Assembly (NCBI GenBank): GCA_009780345.1
Contig: WRAG01000010.1
Coordinates: 251 to 64,250 of the forward strand
Direction: 5' to 3'
Origin: Oscillospiraceae bacterium
GTDB lineage: Bacteria; Bacillota; Clostridia; Monoglobales; WRAG01
DNA: 64,000 nucleotides
The position numbers were made by a program, and so were the translations under genes. Positions 1 to 9,206 of this stretch are shown here, one piece after another. Under the pieces are notes generated by a model that ran no database searches, was not told the origin of the DNA, and was given only the letters and a program-made list of their open reading frames with translations. How positions within the stretch are numbered: the stretch's first letter is position 1; each line of letters begins with the position of its first letter.

Positions 1-130
1 TAAAAATTTTTTTGTATAAATTGTTGACAAATAACAAAAAACTTGTTAAAATGAATCTGAATGTTTCTGTTTGTTAATAATATTGTAAATAATTAATAAT
101 TTATATACAACTAAAGTGGAGGGATTTTTT

Positions 131-3100
131 ATGATTATGAAAAGAAGGTTGTTCTCGCTGTTCGTAGCTTTGGCTATGGTAGTAACGGTAGTCGGCGCCA
201 TTGCCATGCCGTACTCGGAAGCCACAGAGGCGGCATTGGAAATTGAAGAAACTCTTTGGGAGTTTTCGGGCATTCAACCGATAGCCGGTGATGCTGATTT
301 GGTTCTTAGACCCAATTTTTGGACTCGTACTCGCTCGGATTCAACTGCTTCAGCCAACAATCCGGTAGGAAACAACGCAATTTCAGCAGGTGCTATCCAT
401 TTTGGAATGGAAGGTTTTTTAAGATTTGCTGTAGATACTAATCTAAGAAATATAATAATAAATGACCCGTCTTTTGAAGTTAATCTTCAAGTGGCGGCTC
501 AAATCGAGGGAAGCCGTGCGCCGAATCAGCAATTCAGAGTTATGGCGGTTCCGGCAGACAAAGTGCAATACGTAACCACAGACATGACTTTTGCAACATC
601 GATTGCAGACGGTATAGCGTATAGAACTACGACTAACAATGCTCCTTTTTATCTTACAGGCAACTATCCCGCTAATACCACATATGCTATTTCACCGGTG
701 ATAACCACAACTACAACCAGCCCCAGACAACTGGTTCTTGTTGACGTAACTGATGTAATAGTTGAGTATTTCACAAATAACCCGACTGTGTTTGATATCG
801 CTCTTATACTTGTTATAGATCAGGTTAATCCCGGCGGTTATCTTACTACCACAGCGGGTGTTGAGGTAAGTAACCTTGTGCACATCGGGGTTTATGCAAC
901 CGAGAACCCAACGTACAATCTTGTAAGTCCAACATTACAAATGTACTTTAACACTCCTTACGTAGACCCAAGAACCGGCGCAAGCTTTAATGTAACAGCT
1001 GTAAGATCGGCAACTGCCGCTAACGTGGCTGAAGTTACCGTTACCGGAACAAATGAAATGGACGTAGTTTCTGTTCAAATCACTTGTGGTGTTACCGGCG
1101 CTGTCGTGGGTTCGACAAACAATATTTTAGGCGGCGATGGTTCTACATCTTTCAACGTTGGACCAATTTCTTTTTCTGACGGAAATGATGATAGCTATGA
1201 TGTAAACGTTACTGTTACAAACATTTTAGGAAATCTGCTCAACCCCGCTCCCGGGTTTGTTGAGCTTTGGACAAGAAACGTTGTGTTTAACAGTAATGGC
1301 GGAACGCGTGTTCCCGCTTTAAATCTTGTTTCCGGAGGTCCTGTCGCTCAACCACCAAACCCAAGCAGAGGACAGTTTTGGAGTTTCACGGGTTGGTTTA
1401 CGAACCAAGAGGCAACTTCGAGTTGGAATTTTAATAGTCCAATTTCTGCTTTAACTGCTGATTCTAATGGTACTGTAACGCTTTTTGCGGGTTGGAATCT
1501 TATAGGTCAGCCCCCCGAACAGGCAGTCAACATTATTTATCCGAATTTACGTACGTTAACTCGTAGTGACGGCGGCGGTAACACTATTCAAACGATCAAC
1601 GTCGGCACCAATAATTTCGCGGCGCAATTTGGTAATGTTCCTCGTATTCAAGAGTTATTTTTAAGATTCTCTTTAACTGACGAGCAAATTGATTTTCTTT
1701 TAAACGACGGAAGTTTTTCGTCTGACCTTCAACTTACTCTTTCAGCAGAAGCAGGATTTTTAACTCCGCAACCACGGATTAGAGCGGTTGCAGTTCCTGC
1801 AGAAAACATTAGCGGCGTGCGTCCGAATATGACGTTTTTATCTTCACTTCAAGACGGCGTAGCGTATAGAAGAACTAACGCGGCAGACGGACTAGGCAAT
1901 AATAATGCTCATTCCATAAACGCGAATATGATTAACGCAATTTCTTCTCCGCCTTCAAATATAATCACTACAGCGTGGCCTGATATCAACATTTATTCGG
2001 TTGATTTGACCGAACTTTTAAGAGACTATTTTATAAAATATCCTGAAATGAACGATATTGCGCTTATAATAGTTTTGGATAGAACTCCTGTGGTTGTAGC
2101 AGATCATTCTATGATTCGTTTAGGAGTTTATCCAACCGAAAACGAAGCGGCTAGTCAAGTTAATCCTCGTATGAGATTCCACTTCGACTATTTGGATAAC
2201 AGACTTCCGAGTGCATTTGGTATTGCTTCTTTGACGCAATCAACTACAAACCCGACGGCGGTGACAATAGACTTAAACGGCGTTCAGCCGACCGACGTTG
2301 TTGATGTTGAATTCAGATCAGGTGGCGCGTATAGAGTTGTAAGAGGTATAAGCGCGACGGCGGGCGTACCTTTTGACGTTGCTATCCCGTTCTTCCCGGA
2401 AAACGACGACAATTATCAAGTTATTGTTACTATTACTAACGCTGTAGACGTTATAAGATTTAGAAATGACGGCATATTTGACCCGAGTCAGCATCCTAGA
2501 CCTCTTAACAACATACCTACTCGAAGAGTTGTATTTGACAGCAACGAAGGCTCACCTGTTCCCGAGCAAGCAGTAATGCACAACGGATTGGTAACTGCGC
2601 CTAACCCGGAAACAGAACGAGCAGAATGGGAACTTCTTGGCTGGTTTACCTATCCGCAAGATAGAATTCCGTCAGGCTCGGCAGATTTCCAATGGAATTT
2701 TGCTGTAAACAGAATAGGTCAAGCTGAAGTTACAACACTTTATGCGCATTGGCAGCCAACCTTAGTAGCTCCCATAGAGAGAAGCGTGCGCTCTAATTTA
2801 TCTAGACGTACGCGCTCGGATAACCCACTACAAACTTGGGTATCACCGGGTAATAATCAGATGAGTACCGGCGCTATCGGCTTTATTATCGAATCGTTTA
2901 TAAGATTTGACGAACTCACCGACATAGAAGTAGACAGGATTAGAAACGATCCAACTTTTACCGCTTCTTTTGCGGTATCTGCGGCTACCGAGGGCGGGCG
3001 TTTGCAAAATCAACGATTTAGAGTTATGGCGATTCCGAATGAAAGATTAGGCGGCGTTCGAGATGGTATGACTTTTGCCACCACTTATGCAGATAACATT

Positions 3101-4234
3101 GCATTTAGAATGGTGCCAAATCAAAGTCTAGAGTTAGTTGGTCAAGTAGGCATTGGCGAACCAATCGGAAATTACCCTGCTAACGTTGTTTACGCGCTTT
3201 CTGAAGAAATATCTTCAAACAGAGTTATGACTACCGTTGACGTTACCGAAGTGTTAGTAGATCATTTTACAAGATATCCCGCAGCAAGAACTATAGCTTT
3301 TATAATGGTTATTGATGAAGTTGACCCACGCGCTGTAAATTCTCAGGATTTTGTTCCGTATACTAACCTTATACATCTTGGCGCAGATTATGCCATCGAA
3401 AACCCTGCGGCTAATCAGATTAATCCTACTTTAACAATAAGCTATTTGGTGGATAACAGAGTAGACGGTCAGGTGGAAATTGATCTTGCGAAATCTACTA
3501 ATGAAGGTTTTGTAACTATTTGTACCACTTATGCGCACAGAACTGATACGATCGCGGTTGCGTTTACGTCAAACGGTCATACTGAAACTGTTTACGTAGA
3601 CTATAACAACAACGAACCATTTGATGTTCAAGTTCCTTGGTTTGTTCAAAATAATCAAATGTTTAACATTACCGCTACCATAACTAATGCCGGAACGCCT
3701 CCGCGTCTCATGGCTACTGAAACTATTACCGGAGTTCAAATTTATACGTTGTATGTTGAGTTTGATAACGATATGCCTACGATTTTCGGAATACCCCAAA
3801 CCGGTCAAAATATCACTCCTCCTATACCTCAAAGTCCGAATCAAGTTTTCGGCGGTTGGGAATCAGCGGGTGGCGTTTTATGGAACTTTGCCACTATGCC
3901 GATAACGGCACCTATGGCTTTCACGGCAACATGGAGAGTTCCTGTTGTAGACCAAAATGGCGATGTGGTTGATATAAGCAACCTTGCTGACGCAACACAG
4001 CTTGTAGTTTCAACAACAGTTGCTAATGGAACAACCGTTCAGCCTGTGATTGCGCTTTATGGAGCAAACAACAGATTTATGGGATATTATTTCCCGGCTC
4101 CTGTTACAGTTGCGGGTGGAAATATCACATTTGCAGTATCAGGACTAAGCCCGGACGCTGTAAGCGCGCTTATAGTGACTTGGAACAGCTTTGCTGACAT
4201 GAATCCGTTGGCATATGCAATTACACTTCAATAA
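131..4234 (+). CDS. Secreted giant surface protein with three diverged ~415-aa modules. Each module is a DNRLRE/CBM96-like beta-sandwich, an Ig-like region and a Listeria-Bacteroides (Flg_new) repeat. A C-terminal beta-sandwich tail follows.
   Basis: GGAGG lies ~8 nt upstream of ATG 131. Signal peptide MIMKRRLFSLFVALAMVVTVVGAIA. The modules start near nt 300, 1536 and 2780, each opening with x-R-[TS]-R-S-D and a F-[LI]-R-F strand (FLRFAVD, FLRFSLTD, FIRFDELTD). Each ends in a Flg_new-type repeat (FTGWF..LFAGW, LLGWF..LYAHW, FGGWE..FTATW). No SLH repeat and no sorting signal are present. The beta-sandwich family assignment is tentative. Confidence 0.8.
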   Translation: MIMKRRLFSLFVALAMVVTVVGAIAMPYSEATEAALEIEETLWEFSGIQPIAGDADLVLRPNFWTRTRSDSTASANNPVGNNAISAGAIHFGMEGFLRFAVDTNLRNIIINDPSFEVNLQVAAQIEGSRAPNQQFRVMAVPADKVQYVTTDMTFATSIADGIAYRTTTNNAPFYLTGNYPANTTYAISPVITTTTTSPRQLVLVDVTDVIVEYFTNNPTVFDIALILVIDQVNPGGYLTTTAGVEVSNLVHIGVYATENPTYNLVSPTLQMYFNTPYVDPRTGASFNVTAVRSATAANVAEVTVTGTNEMDVVSVQITCGVTGAVVGSTNNILGGDGSTSFNVGPISFSDGNDDSYDVNVTVTNILGNLLNPAPGFVELWTRNVVFNSNGGTRVPALNLVSGGPVAQPPNPSRGQFWSFTGWFTNQEATSSWNFNSPISALTADSNGTVTLFAGWNLIGQPPEQAVNIIYPNLRTLTRSDGGGNTIQTINVGTNNFAAQFGNVPRIQELFLRFSLTDEQIDFLLNDGSFSSDLQLTLSAEAGFLTPQPRIRAVAVPAENISGVRPNMTFLSSLQDGVAYRRTNAADGLGNNNAHSINANMINAISSPPSNIITTAWPDINIYSVDLTELLRDYFIKYPEMNDIALIIVLDRTPVVVADHSMIRLGVYPTENEAASQVNPRMRFHFDYLDNRLPSAFGIASLTQSTTNPTAVTIDLNGVQPTDVVDVEFRSGGAYRVVRGISATAGVPFDVAIPFFPENDDNYQVIVTITNAVDVIRFRNDGIFDPSQHPRPLNNIPTRRVVFDSNEGSPVPEQAVMHNGLVTAPNPETERAEWELLGWFTYPQDRIPSGSADFQWNFAVNRIGQAEVTTLYAHWQPTLVAPIERSVRSNLSRRTRSDNPLQTWVSPGNNQMSTGAIGFIIESFIRFDELTDIEVDRIRNDPTFTASFAVSAATEGGRLQNQRFRVMAIPNERLGGVRDGMTFATTYADNIAFRMVPNQSLELVGQVGIGEPIGNYPANVVYALSEEISSNRVMTTVDVTEVLVDHFTRYPAARTIAFIMVIDEVDPRAVNSQDFVPYTNLIHLGADYAIENPAANQINPTLTISYLVDNRVDGQVEIDLAKSTNEGFVTICTTYAHRTDTIAVAFTSNGHTETVYVDYNNNEPFDVQVPWFVQNNQMFNITATITNAGTPPRLMATETITGVQIYTLYVEFDNDMPTIFGIPQTGQNITPPIPQSPNQVFGGWESAGGVLWNFATMPITAPMAFTATWRVPVVDQNGDVVDISNLADATQLVVSTTVANGTTVQPVIALYGANNRFMGYYFPAPVTVAGGNITFAVSGLSPDAVSALIVTWNSFADMNPLAYAITLQ

Positions 4235-4248
4235 TCTATTAATTAAAA

Positions 4249-4288
4249 CAAAATCGCCGCATATCACGATGATATGCGGCGATTTTTT
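4249..4288 (+). terminator. Rho-independent terminator of the 131..4234 gene
   Basis: Stem aaatcgccgcatatc / gatatgcggcgattt followed by a T-run. Confidence 0.8.
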
Positions 4289-4304
4289 AACTATGATACT
4301 AAGA

Positions 4305-4495
4305 TTATAATGGGCATAGCATGTAGAAATGTAAGCATTTCTACCGCAAAATTTTTGATTTTGCGTATTGAATTTGAAAAATTCAAGCAATGCCCATTGC
4401 AATGAGGTGTGTAAAATTTTCCGCGAAAATTTTTAGCGGCGCTTTGCTCCGAAGCGAAATAGCAAAGCTATTTCGACAACAAACTCTCATTATAA
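4305..4495 (+). repeat. 191-bp structured MITE-like intergenic repeat, copy 1
   Basis: Starts TTATAATGGGCATAGC and ends ACTCTCATTATAA (inverted termini TTATAATG / CATTATAA). It contains six short hairpins inside two long-range closing stems. It aligns along its full length with copies at 20324..20514 and 45378..45569. Confidence 0.85.
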
Positions 4496-4514
4496 AAAAA
4501 TACTTAAAAAATGC

Positions 4515-4543
4515 TTGACATTATAATTTGTTTGTTGTATAAT
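4515..4543 (+). promoter_or_regulatory. Sigma-70-type promoter for tRNA-Gln
   Basis: TTGACA (4515-4520), 17-nt spacer, TATAAT (4538-4543). The tRNA starts about 22 nt downstream. Confidence 0.75.
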
Positions 4544-4564
4544 ATGTGAGTTGTTAATTTATAT

Positions 4565-4641
4565 TGGGCTGTAGCCAAGTCGGTAAGGCACCAGACTTTG
4601 ACTCTGGCATTCCGTAGGTTCGAGTCCTGCCAGCCCAGCCA
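4565..4641 (+). tRNA. tRNA-Gln (anticodon TTG)
   Basis: Acceptor stem TGGGCTG / CAGCCCA. Anticodon arm CCAGA-CTTTGAC-TCTGG. T-loop GGTTCGAGTCC. Encoded 3' GCCA. Confidence 0.9.
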
Positions 4642-4720
4642 AATTATTTCAAATCCGAACCTTGATTTGTATTCACAAATGGATTGTTCGGAATTGTGAT
4701 TGGGCGATAGTCACAATACA

Positions 4721-4757
4721 AAAACCACCCTGTCACATGACGTCGGTGGTTTTTTGT
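4721..4757 (+). terminator. Terminator downstream of tRNA-Gln
   Basis: aaaaccacc..ggtggttttttg hairpin followed by a T-run. Confidence 0.7.
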
Positions 4758-4870
4758 TGTTTAATTATGCAGTCGGCGCATTGACGCATTTTGACTCTCA
4801 AGTAAAAATTTGTTGACATTTATCATAATTAAGTGTATTATGTATGAAAAGTAGAAAGAAGGCGATTTTT

Positions 4871-5341
4871 ATGCGTATGCGAAAAACAATATTGATCGTT
4901 TTGTTGTTTGTTGTTTGTTCTGTGTTTTTAACTGCTTGTGGCAGTCCGCGCGAGCCAATGGATATGAATGTATTCCGAACTGTTATAGAATCAGAAGGCT
5001 ATACGATAAAGGATATGATGTACGAGTCCGACGAATTTGACGAAAACATTTTTTCTGAATACTTATCAGTATTCGCTGACGATTATTCGTTCGAATTTGC
5101 AGTATTTACGACCGAGCAATACGCTATAAATACGTTTAATGGCATGCGCGCACAAGCGGAAGCTAATAGAGGCTCAACTCGCAGCTATAGAACAGTTAAT
5201 GTTTCAAACCACGCCATGTTCGAGCAAACTTCAGACGGAATGTTTTGGCACATCTATCGAGTGGATAACACACTTTTATACGTTCTTGCCGATAGTGATT
5301 ATAGAAGCCATGTTCGTGACTTGATTGACCGAATACAATAA
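4871..5341 (+). CDS. Small lipoprotein, function unknown
   Basis: Signal peptide with lipobox (ILIVLLFVVCSVFLTAC|GS). RBS AGAAGG lies upstream of ATG 4871. An in-frame ATG at 4844 is also possible. Confidence 0.7.
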   Translation: MRMRKTILIVLLFVVCSVFLTACGSPREPMDMNVFRTVIESEGYTIKDMMYESDEFDENIFSEYLSVFADDYSFEFAVFTTEQYAINTFNGMRAQAEANRGSTRSYRTVNVSNHAMFEQTSDGMFWHIYRVDNTLLYVLADSDYRSHVRDLIDRIQ

Positions 5342-5387
5342 AATTTTACATATATAATATAAATGAAAAGGGTAGGTGCTGCAACAA

Positions 5388-6953
5388 ATGAACGTCCCTA
5401 ACGTAAACATGTGGATTTTGGTGGTTTTCGCGGTGTATTTCAGTGCGATAATCGGATTAGCGATTTATTTCAGAAAGTCGAGCAACATGAGCGACTATTA
5501 CCTGGCAGGCAGAAGCCTTAACACTTGGGTCGGCGCGCTTTCTGCGCAAACATCCGATATGTCGGGCTGGCTTCTTATGGGGCTTCCGGGTGCCGTATGG
5601 GCGGCAGGATTCGGCGGCGCGTGGATTGCCGTCGGTCTTACTATCGGAACCATTATAAACTGGTTGTTTGTCGCGAAAAAGCTGCGGCGTTACACAATTG
5701 TGGCGAATGGTTCGATAACTTTGCCCGAATTTTTAGAAAATCGTTTCCGCGACAAATCCCACGTTCTTAAAACAACGGCGGCAGTATTTTTTGCGATATT
5801 CTTCACGCTTTACGCGGCATCCGGCTTCGTTGCAGGCGGAACATTGCTTCCTCGAATTTTTGATTTAAATTATCAAACCGCGGTGCTTATTCTTTCGGCA
5901 TTTGTTGTAATTTACACTCTTATAGGCGGATTGAAAGCGATAAGCTGGACCGACACGATTCAAGGAATGCTTATGTTCTTCGCGGTTCTGTTCTTACCGA
6001 TTATTATTGTATCAATGATGGGCGGTTGGAGCGAAATTACCGCGGCGGTTGACCAACCCGGGTTTTTCAACCTGTTCTACTCCGGCGGAAACCGAATTTC
6101 AGCAATAGCAATCATATCAGGGCTTGCTTGGGGGCTTGGATATTTCGGAATGCCGCATATTTTGATTAAACTTATCGCCATTAAGAAAGAAAAATACGTT
6201 GGGCGCAGCGCGCTTATAGCTATCATATGGGTTGTTATTGCGCTTGCGGCGGCGGTTATGGTGGGGCTTGTCGGACGGGCGTTTATGCCGGACTTGGCAA
6301 ACCCTGAAACCGTGTTTAATTTGTCGGTATCGAGAATATTCCTTTACGGCGGTTCGCCGATTTGGATGGTTTTGCTTGGCGCATTATTCCTTTGCGGAAT
6401 GTTCGCGGCGATAAAATCAACGGCGGATTCGCAACTTTTGGTCGGCTCGTCGGCGGTTGGAGATATTTACAAGCAAATTAATAAAAAAGCCTCCGACAAA
6501 CATATGGTTTGGTTTAGCCGCGGAACCGTTTTGGCGGTAGCGCTAATTGCACTTTGGATTGCGCTTAACGCTTACGACCCGGTGATTGGCGGACCTGACC
6601 GTACTCGAGGTGTAATGGCGCTTGTTGCCATGGCTTGGTCGGGCTTCGGCGCGGCGTTCGGGCCTATCGTGCTTACTTCGCTTTATTGGAAACGCACAAA
6701 TCGTGTCGGCGCCATTGCCGGAATTCTTGCCGGCGGTTTGACGGTATTGATTTGGCAATACGCTCCGATTATGGGCGGCGAAACATTTTTCGGCGGTGTG
6801 ACACTTCTTGCGCATACCGGATTGCTTTCAATCGTTCCCGGATTCGCGCTCTCGCTTATCGCGATTATAATCGGAAGTTTGGTGACAAAGAAACCGACCG
6901 CTGAGATGCTTGCGGACTTTGAAACGGCGAAGAAGCCTTTGATTGAAGATTAG
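5388..6953 (+). CDS. putP: Sodium:proline symporter (SSF family)
   Basis: About 12-13 TM helices. The N-terminal pattern YYLAGRSLNTWVGALSAQTSDMSGWLLMGLPG is typical of PutP/SSF. The start may be GTG 5376 or ATG 5388. Confidence 0.85.
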   Translation: MNVPNVNMWILVVFAVYFSAIIGLAIYFRKSSNMSDYYLAGRSLNTWVGALSAQTSDMSGWLLMGLPGAVWAAGFGGAWIAVGLTIGTIINWLFVAKKLRRYTIVANGSITLPEFLENRFRDKSHVLKTTAAVFFAIFFTLYAASGFVAGGTLLPRIFDLNYQTAVLILSAFVVIYTLIGGLKAISWTDTIQGMLMFFAVLFLPIIIVSMMGGWSEITAAVDQPGFFNLFYSGGNRISAIAIISGLAWGLGYFGMPHILIKLIAIKKEKYVGRSALIAIIWVVIALAAAVMVGLVGRAFMPDLANPETVFNLSVSRIFLYGGSPIWMVLLGALFLCGMFAAIKSTADSQLLVGSSAVGDIYKQINKKASDKHMVWFSRGTVLAVALIALWIALNAYDPVIGGPDRTRGVMALVAMAWSGFGAAFGPIVLTSLYWKRTNRVGAIAGILAGGLTVLIWQYAPIMGGETFFGGVTLLAHTGLLSIVPGFALSLIAIIIGSLVTKKPTAEMLADFETAKKPLIED

Positions 6954-6970
6954 TATTTAGTATCGGCACA

Positions 6971-7011
6971 AAAAACAAAACTCCCGCTCAGTTTTGAGCG
7001 GGAGTTTTTTT
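6971..7011. terminator. Bidirectional terminator between convergent putP and the CobW-like gene
   Basis: aaaactcccgctca-gttt-tgagcgggagtttt, flanked by A- and T-runs. Confidence 0.8.
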
Positions 7012-7969
7012 ATGTATTTAGAAATCGTTTAACCTCTTCCTCGTTCATACTATTACCGATAAGTGTCAAAGTCTGCTCGCCGCTTCCTTTGAACGGCGTC
7101 ACAGTTACGTCTTGCATCGCGATATTAAGCAGAATAAGCTCGCCGTCGATGTTTAAAATTCCCTTAGCGCGGCAGATGTCGCCGAATGTTCCATCGCCGC
7201 AAAGTTCAATCAATCGCTCAAGCTTCGCGCGTGTAAAGATTGTTGCCGGCTTTATCGTTATCGAATGAAGGTGGCTGTGATGATGTGCGTAATGTTCTTC
7301 AGGCGGTAAATTTTCCTGGCTTAGCAGAAGTTCGAAATCGGCTGAATTCCAATCATCCCATGCTTTCGCGGCTATAAAAACGTCGGGATTAATATTTTTA
7401 ATATCGCAGATTAGTTCTGCCACATTCACAGCCTCGCCTCTAAATGTTTGCTCAGAGTGTGGCGTGGGAAATAGTGCAGGCTTTGCCTGCTTTTCTAATT
7501 TGCTTAAAACAATCGAGGGCGCGTTTTTAATCTGGTTATATATAAAACTGCCGTACGTCGCCTTTGAAAACTCGAAATTAACGCTGTCAACAATGGTAAT
7601 TACGTTGCCAATCTCGCATTTGTCCTTCAATTCTTCCGATTTTAGGATATCGAAAAAATTATCGAATATAAAAATTCCCGACGGCTCAAAAACGATACGG
7701 TCTGGCGAAAATGTGTCGATAACCTGCATTATCGCAACTGAAATCTCATCTTTAAGGGTGCAGCAGATACAGCCGCCCTCCATTTCGACAGCGGTGAATC
7801 CGCTCGATTCGATAATCCGCGCGTCAAGCCCGGTTTGGCCGAACTCGTTGACGATGCAAACAGATTTCAGACCCAAATCAATGTAGTATTTTAGCAGTTT
7901 ATTTACGAACGTGGTCTTTCCCGCGCCGAGGAAACCGGATATAATATCTAATTTGGTCATATTTGTCAC
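7010..7969 (-). CDS. COG0523/CobW-family G3E GTPase (putative metallochaperone)
   Basis: P-loop GFLGAGKTTF. CxCC motif GGCICCTL. His-rich stretch HYAHHHSHLH. CobW_C-like C-terminus. Confidence 0.85.
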   Translation of the reverse strand: MTNMTKLDIISGFLGAGKTTFVNKLLKYYIDLGLKSVCIVNEFGQTGLDARIIESSGFTAVEMEGGCICCTLKDEISVAIMQVIDTFSPDRIVFEPSGIFIFDNFFDILKSEELKDKCEIGNVITIVDSVNFEFSKATYGSFIYNQIKNAPSIVLSKLEKQAKPALFPTPHSEQTFRGEAVNVAELICDIKNINPDVFIAAKAWDDWNSADFELLLSQENLPPEEHYAHHHSHLHSITIKPATIFTRAKLERLIELCGDGTFGDICRAKGILNIDGELILLNIAMQDVTVTPFKGSGEQTLTLIGNSMNEEEVKRFLNT

Positions 7970-7977
7970 CTCTTAAT

Positions 7978-8047
7978 GTAGGGGCGGCATTTTGCCGCCC
8001 GTGCTAACGGATAATATCATTTTCGGGCGGCAAAATGCCGCCCCTAC
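7978..8047. repeat. Inverted pair of 24-nt arms, each arm itself a self-complementary GC hairpin
   Basis: gtaggggcggcattttgccgcccg .. cgggcggcaaaatgccgcccctac, located between mtaC and the CobW-like gene. Confidence 0.8.
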
Positions 8048-8099
8048 AATTAAAAAGCGACTACAAAATAAGTAGCCGCTTTGAATTATCATTGTCGAA

Positions 8100-8732
8100 T
8101 TAAGCAACGAATGTTCGCGCAACTTCCGCCGCGCTTGCCGCGTCGGGCGAATATGCGTCCGCGCCGATTTGGTCGCTGAAACTTTGAGAAATTGGCGCGC
8201 CGCCAACCATGATCTTAACGCTGTCACGAAGTCCGGCAGCTTTAAGCGCGTCGATTACCACTTGCTGCTCATTCATAGTTGTGGTAAGAAGCGCCGACAA
8301 CAGAAGAACTTGTGGCTTGTGCTCTCGAACCGCTTCAACAATTTTGTCTTCCGAAATGTCGATACCCAAATCCATAACTTCGAATCCTGCGCCCTCTAAC
8401 ATCATTTTAACCAAGTTTTTGCCGATATCGTGCAAGTCGCCTTTAACCGTGCAGATAATCGCTCTTCCGATAGGTTGAACGCCCTCTTCAAGCAGCTTTT
8501 GCTTCAAAAGTTCGGTTCCTTGATTTAAAGCGCGCGCCGCGATTAGAACTTCGGGCACAAAAACTTCGTTATTTTTAAATCTAACACCGATTTTTCCCAT
8601 GCCGTCAAGCAATCCTTGGTCAAGAATTTTCGACGCCGGAATACCGTCCGCAATTGCTTGCTTCACAAGCTCGACAACGTCTTTTGCTTTACCTTTTTGC
8701 AGTGATTCAGAAATGTTAACTAAGATTTCCAT
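8100..8732 (-). CDS. mtaC: Corrinoid (B12)-binding protein of a methyltransferase system
   Basis: N-terminal helical cap plus a Rossmann B12-binding domain with the DxHxxG motif (GDLHDIGKNLV). It lies adjacent to mtaB. Confidence 0.8.
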   Translation of the reverse strand: MEILVNISESLQKGKAKDVVELVKQAIADGIPASKILDQGLLDGMGKIGVRFKNNEVFVPEVLIAARALNQGTELLKQKLLEEGVQPIGRAIICTVKGDLHDIGKNLVKMMLEGAGFEVMDLGIDISEDKIVEAVREHKPQVLLLSALLTTTMNEQQVVIDALKAAGLRDSVKIMVGGAPISQSFSDQIGADAYSPDAASAAEVARTFVA

Positions 8733-8752
8733 GTTTTTATCCTCCTAAAATT

Positions 8753-8800
8753 ATTATACTGATTTTTATTATTAATTTGTCAAGGACCAGCCCTTGACAA
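8753..8800 (-). promoter_or_regulatory. Candidate mtaC promoter embedded in a 9-bp-arm palindrome
   Basis: On the minus strand: TTGACA (8778-8783), 19-nt spacer, TATAAT (8753-8758). The palindrome ttgtcaagg-accagc-ccttgacaa spans 8777-8800. The spacer is longer than optimal. Confidence 0.45.
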
Positions 8801-9206
8801 TCCCGCAATCTTTTGCGCGTCAAAAGTTTGATCAAAACCGGTCGCCTTGCGTTGTCGCAAAACGCTTACGCTGCGCAACGAATCGGCGACGGCGAGTGCG
8901 AACAACTCGTCATTACCCAACAACATCTCGCGCTTTTAGGCGCGGGTCGCTCTCGACCGAGCGCAGTGCTATATCTCTCTAATTTTTCCGCGAACGCGGC
9001 TAGTCAACCCAGCTTTTCTGTCGCCGGCTTTGGTGCAAATCGCCGCTTTTTGGCGTTTGCGTCCATAGGCGACCGGGATTGGTAAGGGCAGAGCCCTTAT
9101 CGCCCGTCCGGCAGGACACAATGCCCGCAGAGCCTCGCTCTGAATAATGGTTTTTAGGGCATCGCCCTAAAAACCTACGCTGTGGCGTAGCCACTACGTA
9201 TTCCTG
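8801..9206 (-). other. GC-rich, hairpin-dense non-coding spacer between mtaB and mtaC
   Basis: At least 10 short stem-loops, for example ggtttttagggc-atc-gccctaaaaacc, aagggc-aga-gccctt, cagagc-ctc-gctctg, ccgcg-aa-cgcgg and cttttg-cgcgt-caaaag. Only short Arg-rich ORFs are present. Confidence 0.6.

Noticed and set aside
3955-3990. A D-Q-N-G-D-V-V-D-I-S-N-L stretch in the tail of the 131..4234 protein was considered as a second dockerin Ca-loop, which would make that protein a client of the cohesin system.
   Set aside because: It is a single loop-like stretch without the following dockerin helix pattern or a second repeat. The spacing of acidic residues does not fit the D-x-[DN]-x-D-G-x(5)-D loop.
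7464-7886. A 140-aa plus-strand ORF antisense to the CobW-like gene, and similar antisense ORFs in mtaB, putP, the histidine kinase and the ABC genes.
   Set aside because: They are fully contained within well-supported genes on the opposite strand, lack RBSs and have no recognisable motifs.
8794-9194. ORFs of 62-90 aa (8794..8982, 8813..9085, 9000..9194) in the mtaB-mtaC spacer.
   Set aside because: Their translations are Arg/Ala/Ser-rich and typical of GC-rich non-coding DNA. They have no RBS, overlap each other on both strands, and the region is dominated by short palindromes.
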